A DNA stretch of 64,000 nt, taken from assembly GCA_051294375.1 (NCBI GenBank), contig CM119265.1:5200355-5264354 (forward strand). Direction: 5' to 3'. Position numbers and translations under genes: made by a program. Positions 27,677-40,113 of this stretch are shown one piece after another. The DNA is from Paraspadella gotoi. Its lineage: Eukaryota > Animalia > Chaetognatha. Position 1 is the stretch's first letter. The number at the start of each line of letters is the position of its first letter. The notes under the pieces were generated by a model. That model was not told where the DNA came from, made no database searches, and was given only the letters and a program-made list of their open reading frames with translations.

Positions 27677-28455
27677 TCGAGCAACGTCTCAACCTCGATT
27701 TTCACGCCGTTTAGTCGGTTCGAAAGATAAAAATGAAAAAAAGGGGAGGAAAAAGATTTGAAGAGGAAAACTAAAAAGAAAAAANNNNNNNNNNNNNNNN
27801 NNNNNNNNNNNNNNNNNNNNNNNNNNNNNNNNNNNNNNNNNNNNNNNNNNNNNNNNNNNNNNNNNNNNNNNNNNNNNNNNNNNNNGAGGAGAGAAGAGAC
27901 AGAGAGAGGGAGAGAGAGCGGGTCATGGAGTAGGAATCGTGGCGTGGCATCCTCGAACACAATCGGCCTCGCTTTTTTGTGAGGACGCTATTTTAAAATT
28001 CGCTCGAAGGGTTTAGAAAAATAAAGAAAGATAATCATAATAAAAGAGGAAACTTCTCTCTCTCTTCATTTCCGCTTAGACGAGAGTAGAAATTTCTCGG
28101 TTGGCCGACTTTTCTGTAAGCGGCTCGTGTTTCTATTAACCATTTAAAATTGTATACTTTGATTTTTAATAATCGAATTAATACGATTGCCTCGCGAAAA
28201 AAATAGGAATTCGGAACGATGATTGGCTAATTTGGTTATCCGCGTTCTGATTGGTTAAAACCCCGAGTGACGCATCGCGAAGAGAATCTTTTTTCGGTCG
28301 GGAATGATTTCGATTATAATTTCAAAGTTGGGCTCAAACAAAGGAGGGAGAAAGAAAAGAGGAGAAAAAAAAAGAAAGGCGATGAAAGAAAAATGGAAGC
28401 TTGAAAGGGCAAAAAACTAAAAGGAGAAATCAAGAGAAAAAGGTTAGTACAGATT

Positions 28456-28523
28456 AGTCAGGGGCAAGATAGCTTATTTATTAAATGAATGGATAATTTT
28501 TATATTGGTTGTACCAATTTCAT
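28456..28523 (+). repeat. Dispersed ~70-bp repeat fragment with an inverted copy at 59299-59366
   Basis: agtcagg(g)gcaagatagcttattt(t)attaaatgaatggataatttt...attggtt...accaatttcat matches the reverse complement of 59299-59366. Confidence 0.85.
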
Positions 28524-29693
28524 AATCTTACTATTTTATTTCCTCACACGGAATACTTTAACAATTTCGTAAGAAATCAATGACGGAAAATAGTCAGATT
28601 TTGTCGGCGCCGAAATTCGAGATTGACGCGACCTTAAGGGTCGACATTGTCGCCACGTTACGATTGACGTAGCGCCATGAACGACGTCAATATTTGTGAC
28701 GTCAAGATTCGAATCTGAGTCAACGTCTTGACGCNNNNNNNNNNNNNNNNNNNNNNNNNNNNNNNNNNNNNNNNNNNNNNNNNNNNNNNNNNNNNNNNNN
28801 NNNNNNNNNNNNNNNNNNNNNNNNNNNNNNNNNNNNNNNNNNNNNNNNNNNNNNNNNNNNNNNNNNNNNNNNNNNNNNNNNNNNNNNNNNNNNNNNNNNN
28901 NNNNNNNNNNNNNNNNNNNNNNNNNNNNNNNNNAAATGAAGGGCGGAGGAAGCAGCGATCACGGGTGGGTAAATGGGTGACTTAATGAGGGAACGAAGAC
29001 TTGGATCATGATGACGACGACGACGACGACGACGACGCCGTCGGTGACATCAAAGCCGACGACGCGAGCGAGGCGTCGAACTTTTTACGGGTGAGTTGTC
29101 TTTCGTCGAAAGAGGTTATCGCGGGCGGGGTAAGTTCAGAAAAGCTCGAAAGTGTCTGATTGATTGATTATTTGATGGATGGACTTAAATATTAAAGAAT
29201 GGAGGAATGTATAATGTATTTACAATTTTACATAGATCGATGATTAAGTGAATGATTTATTGAATGATTTACTTTGTACTTAGGTACAACGGACTGAAAT
29301 TTTCTTCAGCCGTGGACGACGAATTGAACGTCCATCTTGGAAAATCCTGACGAAGAATCGAGATTTTCGCTCGAGACGTGAAATATCGAGCGCCATTCGT
29401 CGCTTGGAANNNNNNNNNNNNNNNNNNNNNNNNNNNNNNNNNNNNNNNNNNNNNNNNNNNNNNNNNNNNNNNNNNNNNNNNNNNNNNNNNNNNNNNNNNN
29501 NNNNNNNNNNNNNNNNNNNNNNNNNNNNNNNNNNNNNNNNNNNNNNNNNNNNNNNNNNNNNNNNNNNNNNNNNNNNNNNNNNNNNNNNNNNNNNNNNNNN
29601 NNNNNNNNNNNNNNNNNNNNNNNNNNNNNNNNNNNNNNNNNNNNNNNNNNNNNNNNNNNNNNNNNNNNNNNNNNNNNNNNNNNNNNNNNNNNN

Positions 29694-31167
29694 GCGATTC
29701 TCTCAGACGCGGGGGCGAGCTATGAGCGTGCGCGTACGTGCAAAAGCATGTAAACGCGTGCGTGCGACATGTAGAGCAGAAAAAATGGGTAAGATTTTCA
29801 ATCAAGTTGACAACTCGGAGTGAGTGATGCTGCGAAAAAATGACGGAAGGAGGAAGAGAGAGAAAGAGAGAAAAGGTGAGAGACAGACACCGCGAGAGAT
29901 CGCTTTCAATGATTGGCAAATATCTTTTATCCTATTTTCCTTCTCACTTTCAAAGTCTCACATTCACCGATCATTCCGCTCACATTCTCCCGATTCCAAC
30001 GACGGCGCCGTCTCTTCGATGCCCGCCGTATTAGTTTTTTCCATTTTTAAAAACTAATTTCCACTCACAGATTCCAATCGAATTTATATCCAGCCTTTAT
30101 CACACACTTTCCTACCCCACACAAAATTTTAATTCCAATCCAAAAACAGCCAATCACGAGTTATTGGTTAGCTTTTTGCTAAGATGGGACGGCAAATGGA
30201 CCGGATGATTGCAATTAATTAATTATTGATTAAATTATTTACTAAATTGGATTAAATTAACTGATTAATATTTGATTTTAATTAATACAATCCTGCAATT
30301 TACATTTAATAAAAAGGGAAAAAAGATAGTCATAATTCCAATTAGTTTTTTTTTAAACAGGTTTTTTTGTTTTTTTTTTCCAATTTTTTAATCATTTTCC
30401 ACTCAAACTATTTCCATCGAACTTGATTTCCTGTTCAATCACACACTTTCTACCCACATACAAAATTCCAGGGTCAATCGCCCCATTCCACTCATGAGCA
30501 ATTGGGGTTTTCAATTAGTGAATATATTTTTTTTTGTTTTTCCATTACTCATCCACTCAGGACGATTCCATGAACTAAATATCCCAGCCTCAATCACACA
30601 CTTACTATCCACACACAAAAATTTCATTTAATCCATCCATCCAATCACGAGTAATTTGGTGTTTTTTTGCTAGGTTGGGACGACGGCACGACGGACGACG
30701 AACAGACAGAGACGGACGGCAACGGACATCATTTTTTGCATAATTATCATAATTCGATGTTCTGACATGATATAAGTGTGTTGGCCCGACGATATTGAGG
30801 GGCTGTGCGGACGACGGACCGACAAGGTGAGTTTTTATAAAATGTGAGTTATAGAGTCGGGATCTGCTTGATTAGCAGATCCGATAAAAAAGGCAAGAGC
30901 CGCGGGTGGTAAGTCGCACAATTTAGGACCCGACGACGATTATCGCCCTGTCGGTAGGAGGAAAGGAAAAGAGGATTTCGCTCATTTTTTCTGAGAGTCC
31001 ACCGACGCGGATGACCTCGACCTTCGACCGGCGCGTTTTTTTAAGAGATGGTAAGGAGCGGAAGGAGAGGTGTAAGCCTTTTGGTGTCTCCGGCTCGTTC
31101 GATCTGTCGGACCAACCCATGAGAGAAAGGGAGAGAGAGAGAGAGAGAGGGAGAGAGAGAGAGATAG

Positions 31168-31200
<33 letters not shown>

Positions 31201-31660
31201 AAGAAGAGAGGAGAGAGAGGAGAAAGAGAGAGAGAGACGAGAAGCGAGCTTATAATTTACAGTCGCCAGCCGCGCCGATTCTTCAGACGCGGGGGCGAGC
31301 TATGAGCGAGCGCCTACGTGTTGCAAAAGCCATGGTTAAACGCGCTGGCGTGCGACGGACATGTAGAGCCAGAAAAAAATGTGGTAAGATTTTCAATCAA
31401 GTTGACAACTCGGAGTGGTTGATGCTAGCGAAAAAGAAAAAATTGACGGAAGGAAAAGAGAGAGAGAAGAGGAGAGAGAGAAAAGGTGAGAGACAGAGAC
31501 CGGGAGGGATCCTAAGTACACATCGCTTTCAATGATTTTGCAATATCTTGTTATCCTATTTATCCATTCTCACTTTTTCAACACGTCTCTCACATTCACC
31601 GATCTCCGTTCACCATTCTCCGATTCCAACGACGTCGCGTCTCTTCTGATGCCCGCCGCA
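29694..31660. repeat. Direct duplicate pair 29694-30030 and 31276-31660
   Basis: Colinear (cagacgcgggggcgagctatgagcg...gatgcccgccg); the second copy is richer in single-base insertions. Confidence 0.9.
30031..30890 (+). mobile_element. Helentron-associated (HINE/DINE-1-like) non-autonomous rolling-circle element, probably 5'-truncated
   Basis: Three diverged ~120-140-bp subrepeats (ccactca...atcacacactt...cacaaaaatttca...) at ~30057, ~30395 and ~30551. A (GACG/GACA)n microsatellite lies at ~30680-30720, and a 3' stem-loop tcgg(g)atctgct-tgatt-agcagatccga (30857-30884) is followed by TAAAAAA. Confidence 0.65.
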
Positions 31661-31761
31661 CATTTCTGGCAATTTGTCACAAGTTCGCGTCTCCCAGATT
31701 CTATTTATCCTTCCTTTGCAATATTTTTTTTGCGCTTTATATTTATTTTTTTGAGCCATTG

Positions 31762-31845
<84 letters not shown>

Positions 31846-34800
31846 TCTCTCTTCTGGCGTTCGCCTTGGCGGAAATGAGAATATTTCTTTCTCCTTTTCC
31901 CCCGACTTTTATTGTCGACGCCGATGCAAGAAGTTTTTCAATCTGCTGCGCGCTTTCAAAAAAAAAAAAAAAGAAAGAAAGAAAAAAAGAGGAAACGCCG
32001 CCGTCGGCAAACGTCACGCGCATTAGCAAACACGGCGCGCCGGGCGGAGGCGGAACCATTCGTCTGGCGCATACCGGCGTTCGACNNNNNNNNNNNNNNN
32101 NNNNNNNNNNAAAGGCGCCGCGTGACGTCTCCCCTGCGTCGAGCCGGCGCCGTCGAGAAGAAAGAACCGGAAGCGGCGCAATGAAAGGCGAATTTAAATG
32201 TTCNNNNNNNNNNNNNNNNNNNNNNNNNNNNNNNNNNNNNNNNNNNNNNNNNNNNNNNNNNNNNNNNNNNNNNNNNNNNNNNNNNNNNNNNNNNNNNNNN
32301 NNNNNNNNNNNNNNNNNNNNNNNNNNNNNNNNNNNNNNNNNNNNNNNNNNNNNNNNNNNNNNNNNNNNNNNNNNNNNNNNNNNNNNNNNNNNNNNNNNNN
32401 NNNNNNNNNNNNNGAGAGAGAGAGAGGAGTCTCCAAAACGGCAAGATAAAAAGTAAGAGAGCGAGATCTATAGACTCTATAGGCCAAAGGCAATTTCGCA
32501 CAACAAAGAATGACGAAATTTATCGTCTCTCCCTTCTCTTCGCTCTTCTCTCTTCTATTCCCGTTGAACCCGGAAGGAAAAAAGGAGAAGAAAGGGGACA
32601 ATCGTTTTTTTTTCTTTTTGTCGTCGTCATCTTTTTCGGTTCCTTTTTTTTTTTCGTCGTCATCTGTTTCAGCTTTCTTTCTTTCTTCCTCGCGCGGTTT
32701 TTATTCGCTTTTATTTGTCATTTCTTTTTTCATATCTTTCTTTTCCGAAACCTGGCCGGGGAAGATGCACCGGGAACCTAAGAAACCGTGACTGCAGACT
32801 CTCTTCATTCCTACTCTCCTTCTCATCTCTTATATCACTCTCTCATAATATACATACTCTCAATCAATTTCTCTCTCTCTCTCTCTCTATCTCTCCCTCT
32901 CTCTCTCATACTATCCTCTCGTAAGAGGACAGCCCCTTAGTGACGGCCGCCCTGGTTCTCCTCAACCCATTAACAATCTATAGCACTAAAACTAGCATTA
33001 GCACACCATTAGGAGCCGAAATCCCGAACACAAAACTTCATTAATTATCGTCCTTTAAAACGATGATTAGAATTACACAAGATTTCTCGTCTCGCGAAGA
33101 AAGATTAGGGGGACGAACGTGGGTAGTAGAAAAGGTGCGGGTAGATCGAGCAAATAGGGTGAGTAAGTGAGTGAATTGGGTTGGGAAGTAAAACTGGTAA
33201 TAGAAGATGAAGCGCCCGCACCCAAGAGACCTTTGGAAAATCGCCCTTCGATACTCGAGGCCACGTTAGAGCGCATTCTCGAGGAGAAGGGTTCTGTTTC
33301 GAAAAACTTAGTCTCTGCGGAAATTTCAGTTGTTTTAAAGTCACTTAAAAAGAAATTTAAGCTCTCCTACGCTCAGCACTGGCTCGATTTAAACCAATAT
33401 ACTCACCAGTTATTTCATTACACTTTCCCCGTTTCTTCCTCCCCACTCGCTATACCCCAGGGATCCAAACCCACTGCCTACCATTCTCCGCCCCACGACT
33501 CACCTCCGCTCCTTCTCCCCTTCCGGCAATCCCCCCTCCCATCCTACTTTCGCCCCGCATTCGATTTTCAAGGTTTTCCTCGCAGTTTTGAGGCTCCCGA
33601 GTTTGGAAAGAAGAAGAAGAAGAAGAAGAAGAAGAAAAATAAGAAGAAGAAGAAGCGAGGGCATTAACGTCTTCCACCGACACAATAGATTTTCCCTTCG
33701 GACTCTGAATCTTTCAACGGATTTCTCGACATCCTTTTTCTTCTTTCGCTTCTTTTTTGCGCTTCTCCATTTTCTCGCCAGATGCCGCTCCCATCAATAT
33801 CAATGAACGACGCCGGGCCGAAGCGACGATCGCGACGCCGGGTTCGAGGTTGGCCGCGGCGCCAAAAACGACGCCCACCCGCGCGGATGCGGGCGACGAA
33901 TGCGGGACTGGGAATGCCGGGCGCTGCCGGGCGTCGAAAATAAATCGCGCGTCGTCGATGTCGTTTCCGGTTCTTTCTTTCTTTTCTTTCTTTCTTTGTT
34001 TCTTTCTTTCTTTTCTTTCTTTCCATCCCTACTTTTTTTTTCGAACCCTTTTTTTTTTCCATCTGTCCGTCGAAAGGAGGAAATATTAGACAGGCGGAGA
34101 GAGAGCGAGAGACGAAAAGAGAAAACAAAACGATGAATGACGAGAAAAAGAGACGGAGAGACGAAAATAAACGGACGAGGGAAATTGTTGCGGGAAGAAA
34201 ACGGATCAAAACAAACAAACCGTCCTCGAAACAGATGGCGTAGAGAGACGTCGAGCATCCAAACAACATAAACAAATGATAACCGAGTTAAAAAAAATAA
34301 TCTAACGAGCAGGAATTAAAAAAAAAAGAAAAGAAGAGTGATGAGACAGAGCGTTACACGGGAATCCGATACAAAAGCAAACAAAAGGATCGTTTAAACA
34401 TAAACTAAGTTTAAAAAATGAACTAAGGAACGCTAAAAGAAAAAAATCTAAATGTAAAGCGGATAACTGCGACTTTATGGAACTTCATATTTATTATTAG
34501 TTGTTCTGTTTAAACAGATGTCAAGACGATAAAAAGGAAACTAAAGAGTTAGTAAGGACGTACCTGACTATAATGTTATGATAAAAAGGATTACAATATC
34601 TTAGTTTGAATAAAAGAAAATGAAAGCCACGAATGATTCAAATCCTTCTGACGATTCCAACCGAAGAGATTCGAAGATCCCGACATTTCTCTTCATTTGC
34701 CATCGCCAATTATCAGTCGGAAGGGAAACGCAGTAAACTTCCATTTATTCCCGCGACTCAAACATCCGCGCCGACCGCATCCCGAGGCGCGGCGGGGCAG

Positions 34801-35927
34801 CGGGGCGGCGAGGCGGTGGCGGCGGGGCGGTGATCCGACAGCAGTGCTCGCTGCAGCCCGAGGATGTCTAATACTAGAAACTGAAGATTATAGAATAAAA
34901 TTTTGAATAAACGCAAAAGAAATGCCGCAATTGCAACATTCGAATTATTTTTCTACGATCGCAATTGCAACCAGCAAACATCAACGCTTCTTCCAGCAGC
35001 AGCAGAAGCGGCAGCCTCACTCGTGAGAATAAACTTCAGCAGCAAAAACAAGACGGTTTCCTCTACATCTGCAATTTTCTTTACGAAAAAAAGCAAACCA
35101 GCGACAGATAGTAGACATCAACCGCCATCCCAGTTCAAGACGATTCAGCGAATTCCGGTCTGCCCTCCACATCCATCCATCCCCTCCAGACCCCTGCATG
35201 GTCCCTCCCTCGACTCCAAACTTTCCCTCTGATTTCTCCGACTCTCTCTCACTTCCCGATTCCCGCCACGTTCCAACTTTCTCTCTCCCTTTATTTCCAT
35301 TTCTTTTCTTTTCCTTCTTTCCTTTTTTCCGCAAACTCTTTCATTCCGTCCTTCCAAATTCCTTTTCTTCCTTCCCCACTTTTCTCCCCTATCTTTCCTC
35401 CCTCCTCCGTTATCAACGACCCTTTTCCTGGTGATAGAAGAATCCGAATGACATCAGGGGATATTCTGCCATCAAACGTTTTTTTTTCTCCGTCTAAGAC
35501 CATAAATACATCGGCGGTTACATCCGGGATTTGCTTCCAGATCGACAGCCGGGTGGAAGGTTTTGTTTTTTGTCCCGCGACGAACGTCAAAGGACGCTCA
35601 GGATTTTTTGTTAGAAAAATTAAAAAAATATGAGAAGTTGACTGGGAGGTATGTAGGTTATTTTACTGCCAAATCAGTACTCTTAAAAAACTAACATCAT
35701 ATTTTAACTTATTTCAATTAAAGGAATTCAACAAATAGTTCTGCTGTAATGCCGAATCTTTCCTCCTAGCAATGCTGTCAATGCTCTTTTACGGCATCCG
35801 AACCGAATTTCGGTAATCGTAATCTCGCAGCCTGAGTCGATCTTCCGAAAGCAAAGCCGTCTAATTAATTCCCTTAGCCCATTCTTCTATTTTTTCTCTT
35901 CCAGACCGCGGAGGGAGAATCCAAATG

Positions 35928-35964
<37 letters not shown>

Positions 35965-35975
35965 GTTCTTCTCTC

Positions 35976-36006
<31 letters not shown>

Positions 36007-36187
36007 CGTTTTGTTTTTATTTATTCTTCTGATTCGATTATCGCCTTTAAAACCTCAGAAACTCTTTCTTCATGGGAAGAATAAGGAGAAGAATTTACCA
36101 AAAGTTTTAGTCTGGTTTAAATTTAATCTGTCTTTTCTAACCTTTACCCATTAATGTTTGTTTGTTCTTGTCTTGGTAGTTTGATAT

Positions 36188-36277
<90 letters not shown>
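36188..36277 (+). repeat. (TTTC)n microsatellite
   Basis: Perfect tetranucleotide run. Confidence 0.97.
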
Positions 36278-36279
<2 letters not shown>

Positions 36280-36992
36280 ACTTTCTCATCATTTTTAATT
36301 CTTTCCCTTTTGTTTTTTTTTCCAATTCTTCTTTTTGTCTTTCCTTTGTTCCTCTCTTCTCCGTCCCACTTTCCGATAATTCGGTTATATATTTACGCGG
36401 GCGTCCGTTTTATGCCGTACATTCCTCAAGTCTCGGCCGCCATTCCCAAGCGGGAGACCGAAGTCCGGGGATTCCGGAAACCTTACCCACTTTCCTTCTT
36501 TATCTCATTACCGCTACCTTACCCTTTAAACATTGACATTTCAAACACTTTCGCGTTTTTTCTAAACCTTTTCCAAACTCTTCCTGCTTCAATATATATT
36601 TCTTTTCTCCTTTTTCTGATCTTCCTAACCTAGTAACCAATATCTAGCCATATCTTACCTTACCCCGCCACTCGAAATTCTCCGACCTCACCTCTCCTTA
36701 CCCTCTTTCTCCCCACCCGAATAACGGAGTCCCTCTCTTTCACCTCCCCCTCCTCTTCACTCGCGCATCTCTTTTGCGTCTGATGTGAATAGATTCGTCT
36801 CTTTATTTCGGCCCGGGAACCGTTTGAGTCAACGAAACAACGCAAATAAATTCCCAACCCCCTTCCCTTACTCCTCCCCACCACTGCTCTTCCCCTCTCC
36901 CCTTTCTCCCACTCATTCCGCTGTCACCTCCTCCCGCTAAACAAGGCCTCGTAGGCTGCAGCCTTTTATTCAGATCCACGGCCTCTCTCTCT

Positions 36993-37047
<55 letters not shown>

Positions 37048-38022
37048 CTTTCTCTCTTTCTCCCTTCTTTTATTCTCTTTGTGCTTTTATCATGAAGTCT
37101 TCATAAAACATTATTTCTTCGTCAAAAAATTCTCGCGAAAAGAAAGAAAGAAACAAAAATGAAGAGGATATGATATAACAACGAAGGATAATCCATTCTC
37201 TGCGTTGATAGTATGGTATTATATGATATAATAATAATATGATGCCTAATTTGCCTATTCTAGTTTCGAAGAATTGGTCAAAAATTGTTCAAAAAAATAT
37301 AATCGACATTCAGAAATCTATCAGAGTCGCGCAAAAATGAAATAAACTGAAAAAATAAAAACGCTCGCCTATTTTTAGAAATTCACCACTTTATGTAGCT
37401 ATCTTTCTTCACCGCCCCAGCGAGAGATTCACTTTTAAGCCCCCCGCATCATTAACGTTCACAAGAAAAAAAGAATCACGCCATATTTCGTTTAACTCGC
37501 GACTTTAATTCTCACTCGTCCGACTTTTATTCCGCTTTTCCCGCCGTTGCCGACAATCAACAGAGCGTTCCTCGGTAATTACACTACTTAAAACAGATTT
37601 ACATATTTATCGAATTTTGAAACTTGAAGAAAAAAGAAAAAAAATTAGGAAATATAAAAACCGAAACCATTTTTGCTCGAAAGTCATAACGACCCTTTTC
37701 ACTCTCTCTCTCTCTTCAGTAGAGACTTTACCCCAATTAAAAAAAATTAGACGCAAAATTATAAATTTAAACGAATCGTCGATTCTCGAAAGCCGAAAAT
37801 AATTAAATATTTTAGAAAAAACTGTTTCTTTTTTTTTTTTTAGTACTGTAGACGAAAAGAGAATTGGGGAAAGACGAAAGAAGTCATTTGTTTCAATTAG
37901 CGACGAAGACGGGAGATGTAGGGCGACCGGGACGACAGCGCCACCGACATCGACAAGTCGCCACCTGCGCGCCAATGTCGTCGTCGATGTCTTCTTCTTC
38001 GATTTATGATCGATGAGAACGA

Positions 38023-38058
<36 letters not shown>

Positions 38059-38950
38059 ACGACCGACGACGACGACGACGACTGAACGACGACGATCGGA
38101 GGTCTGCAGACTTCTCGCGGGACGGTTGAGTCTCGCTTTCTTTTAGGCAAGTGAGGGTTTTTTAATGTCGGCCTGTCTCGGGAAGGAACAATAACTGTCT
38201 CTTCGGATTAATCGGACAGAACAGGGTCCGTTATGAAATTTAGTGTTGTATTGAAAAACTTGAATTAAAGAAAGAATACGCTCTCTCTCTATTTCTTTTA
38301 ACACAACAAAACCATTTAATTATCGCATCAAGTTTATCGCGCATTGCGTGAGGCTTTCTCTCTCTCTCTTTCTCTCTCTCTCTCTGTCATGTGCGCGTAA
38401 TCGAATGTTGCAAATTAGAAAAGTAAACGGAAAAACGGGGCGAGGCAAAAGAGAGAGAGAGAAAGAGAGAGAGAGCACGTCTAAAGAGAAAAAAAAACAA
38501 CAAAATCGAGTTGCCAGAGTAAATTTCTCGGGAATTTTCGGCCAATTTGTCGGCGGCCGCCGCGGCGTAATATACGCTGCAGCGCCTGGGGCAGCTGCTG
38601 TCGCTGCACAACAACAAAGTCGTCGACATCGTTATTGGGGAAATAGAAACCTGAGAATTTCTACTCGATTTCAATCAAGAGACGAAAACGAAATTTGGTC
38701 GGAATGGGTGACGTCATTATAGCGGGATCTTAACGAATCGCGCGCAATTCTGTTTACGCTCTGATTCGCCGTGGAATGGCTAAGATTAGAGTTGAGAATG
38801 ACAGCGAAACGCAGATATTAACTGAGTAGCAGTGTTTCCACCAATATCTGAGTGATGACGTTAAATATTCTTGCGATTGAAAATTTGACCCTATATTTCC
38901 AACATATTTTTTAAAGCTTTTGTTTCATTGCGAAAATTCTTTCTTTGTTG

Positions 38951-39022
38951 TGTGTTCTGTGTTCTGTGTTCTGTGTTCTGTGTTCTGTGTTCTGTGTTCT
39001 GTGTTCTGTGTTCTGTGTTCTG
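38951..39022 (+). repeat. (TGTGTTC)n heptanucleotide tandem repeat, ~10 copies
   Basis: Directly visible, ~470 bp into the DDR intron from the donor. Confidence 0.95.
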
Positions 39023-39230
39023 TTCTTGTTCATACTTTTTATATTAGAAAATAAAATTCGAAATCTAAAATTTTTTCACAATAAGACGATATCTTCGTCG
39101 TCGTCGTCATCTTTGTTGATTAATCACTTTCAACTGAGGCCAAATTAATTCATTGTCGCTGATCAGAGCTTTTCTCGCCAGACGGAGCATGCGTGGACCC
39201 AGCGTCACAAGAGAGGGAGAGAGAGAAGGA

Positions 39231-39282
<52 letters not shown>

Positions 39283-39490
39283 CTTTTCATTTTTAAGTAT
39301 TGTCAATAATATCTAAATGATTATCTTTTATCAATATGGGAGAAACGTTAGAGAAACGTTCAAAATTCATTCAGCATATTTTAGGTTCTAGATTCACAGA
39401 AGTTCTGTCGCTTGAACCGAGCGATCTCAATTCGTCATTCAGCATATGTAGTTAGAGCACTCCATGACAAGCTCACCCATTAAAACTCAC

Positions 39491-39701
39491 CTTCGGGAGC
39501 GATGGCGACCCTGAGCGGAGGTAAGGCCGACGTCGAGATGAAAAGGAAAGTAATAATCCAAATCGAGAGAGGAAAGGAGGCGAGGATTGGGCGAGCGAGG
39601 GGGCGGGATCTGGGGTGAGGTCGAAGGTAAGTTCCGGCGTTGCGCCACGGGGGATACGGGTTGGTGTAAGGGAAAGGGGCGGGAGGAGACGGTGACGCCA
39701 T
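39491..39701 (-). CDS. Ddr: First coding (signal-peptide) exon of a discoidin domain receptor-like gene; the frame stays open upstream to an alternative ATG at 39938
   Basis: Encodes MASPSPP...PILASFPLSIWIITFLFISTSALPPLRVAIAPE+G, with a hydrophobic signal-like segment ending ...STSA. It ends at a consensus donor GAAG|GTGAGT (39491/39490) in phase 1, exactly the phase needed to join the discoidin exon at 12254 (G+GG = Gly). The linkage is inferred, not transcript-proven. Confidence 0.7.
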
Positions 39702-40054
39702 GCATCTCGACGTGAGGCGTCGTTGGCGCCGTTTTAGACGCGCCGTCGCCCCGGCGTCGCTCGATCTAGTTCTTCGTGGAGAAACGGCGTCGACAATGTC
39801 GTAGTTTCTCGTCAACCGACGCCGTTTTATTTTGAAGACGTTGCCGACAAGAGTTTTCGGCGTTCCCGGCGTTTCCGGTGCCTTTAGGTTGTCAGCGTCC
39901 GGCGCCAAATCATCGGCGCCAAAGATTCTCGGCGCCATTTTGAATTTTGTTTTCTTTCTTTTTCTTTTTATTCTTTCAACAAAAACGACGTTGGTTCGCC
40001 ATCGAAGAATAAAACGGAAGGGAGGGAGGGAATCCAATAGAAATTCCGGGCAAC

Positions 40055-40113
<59 letters not shown>

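Larger units (their letters stand above)
12255..39490 (-). other. Inferred ~27 kb intron of the DDR-like gene (length includes N-gaps)
   Basis: GTGAGT donor at 39490 and CAG acceptor at 12257-12255 with compatible phases; no other credible coding exon found between them. Confidence 0.65.

Noticed and set aside
30057-30690. Spaced repeats resembling a CRISPR-like array
   Set aside because: Eukaryotic context; the units are long, diverged and irregularly spaced, and are internal subrepeats of a Helentron-like element.
33167-33667. 166-aa plus-strand ORF with a protein-like N-terminal half
   Set aside because: No ATG at the listed start, no recognisable domain, runs into an (AAG)n repeat, and lies antisense within the DDR intron.
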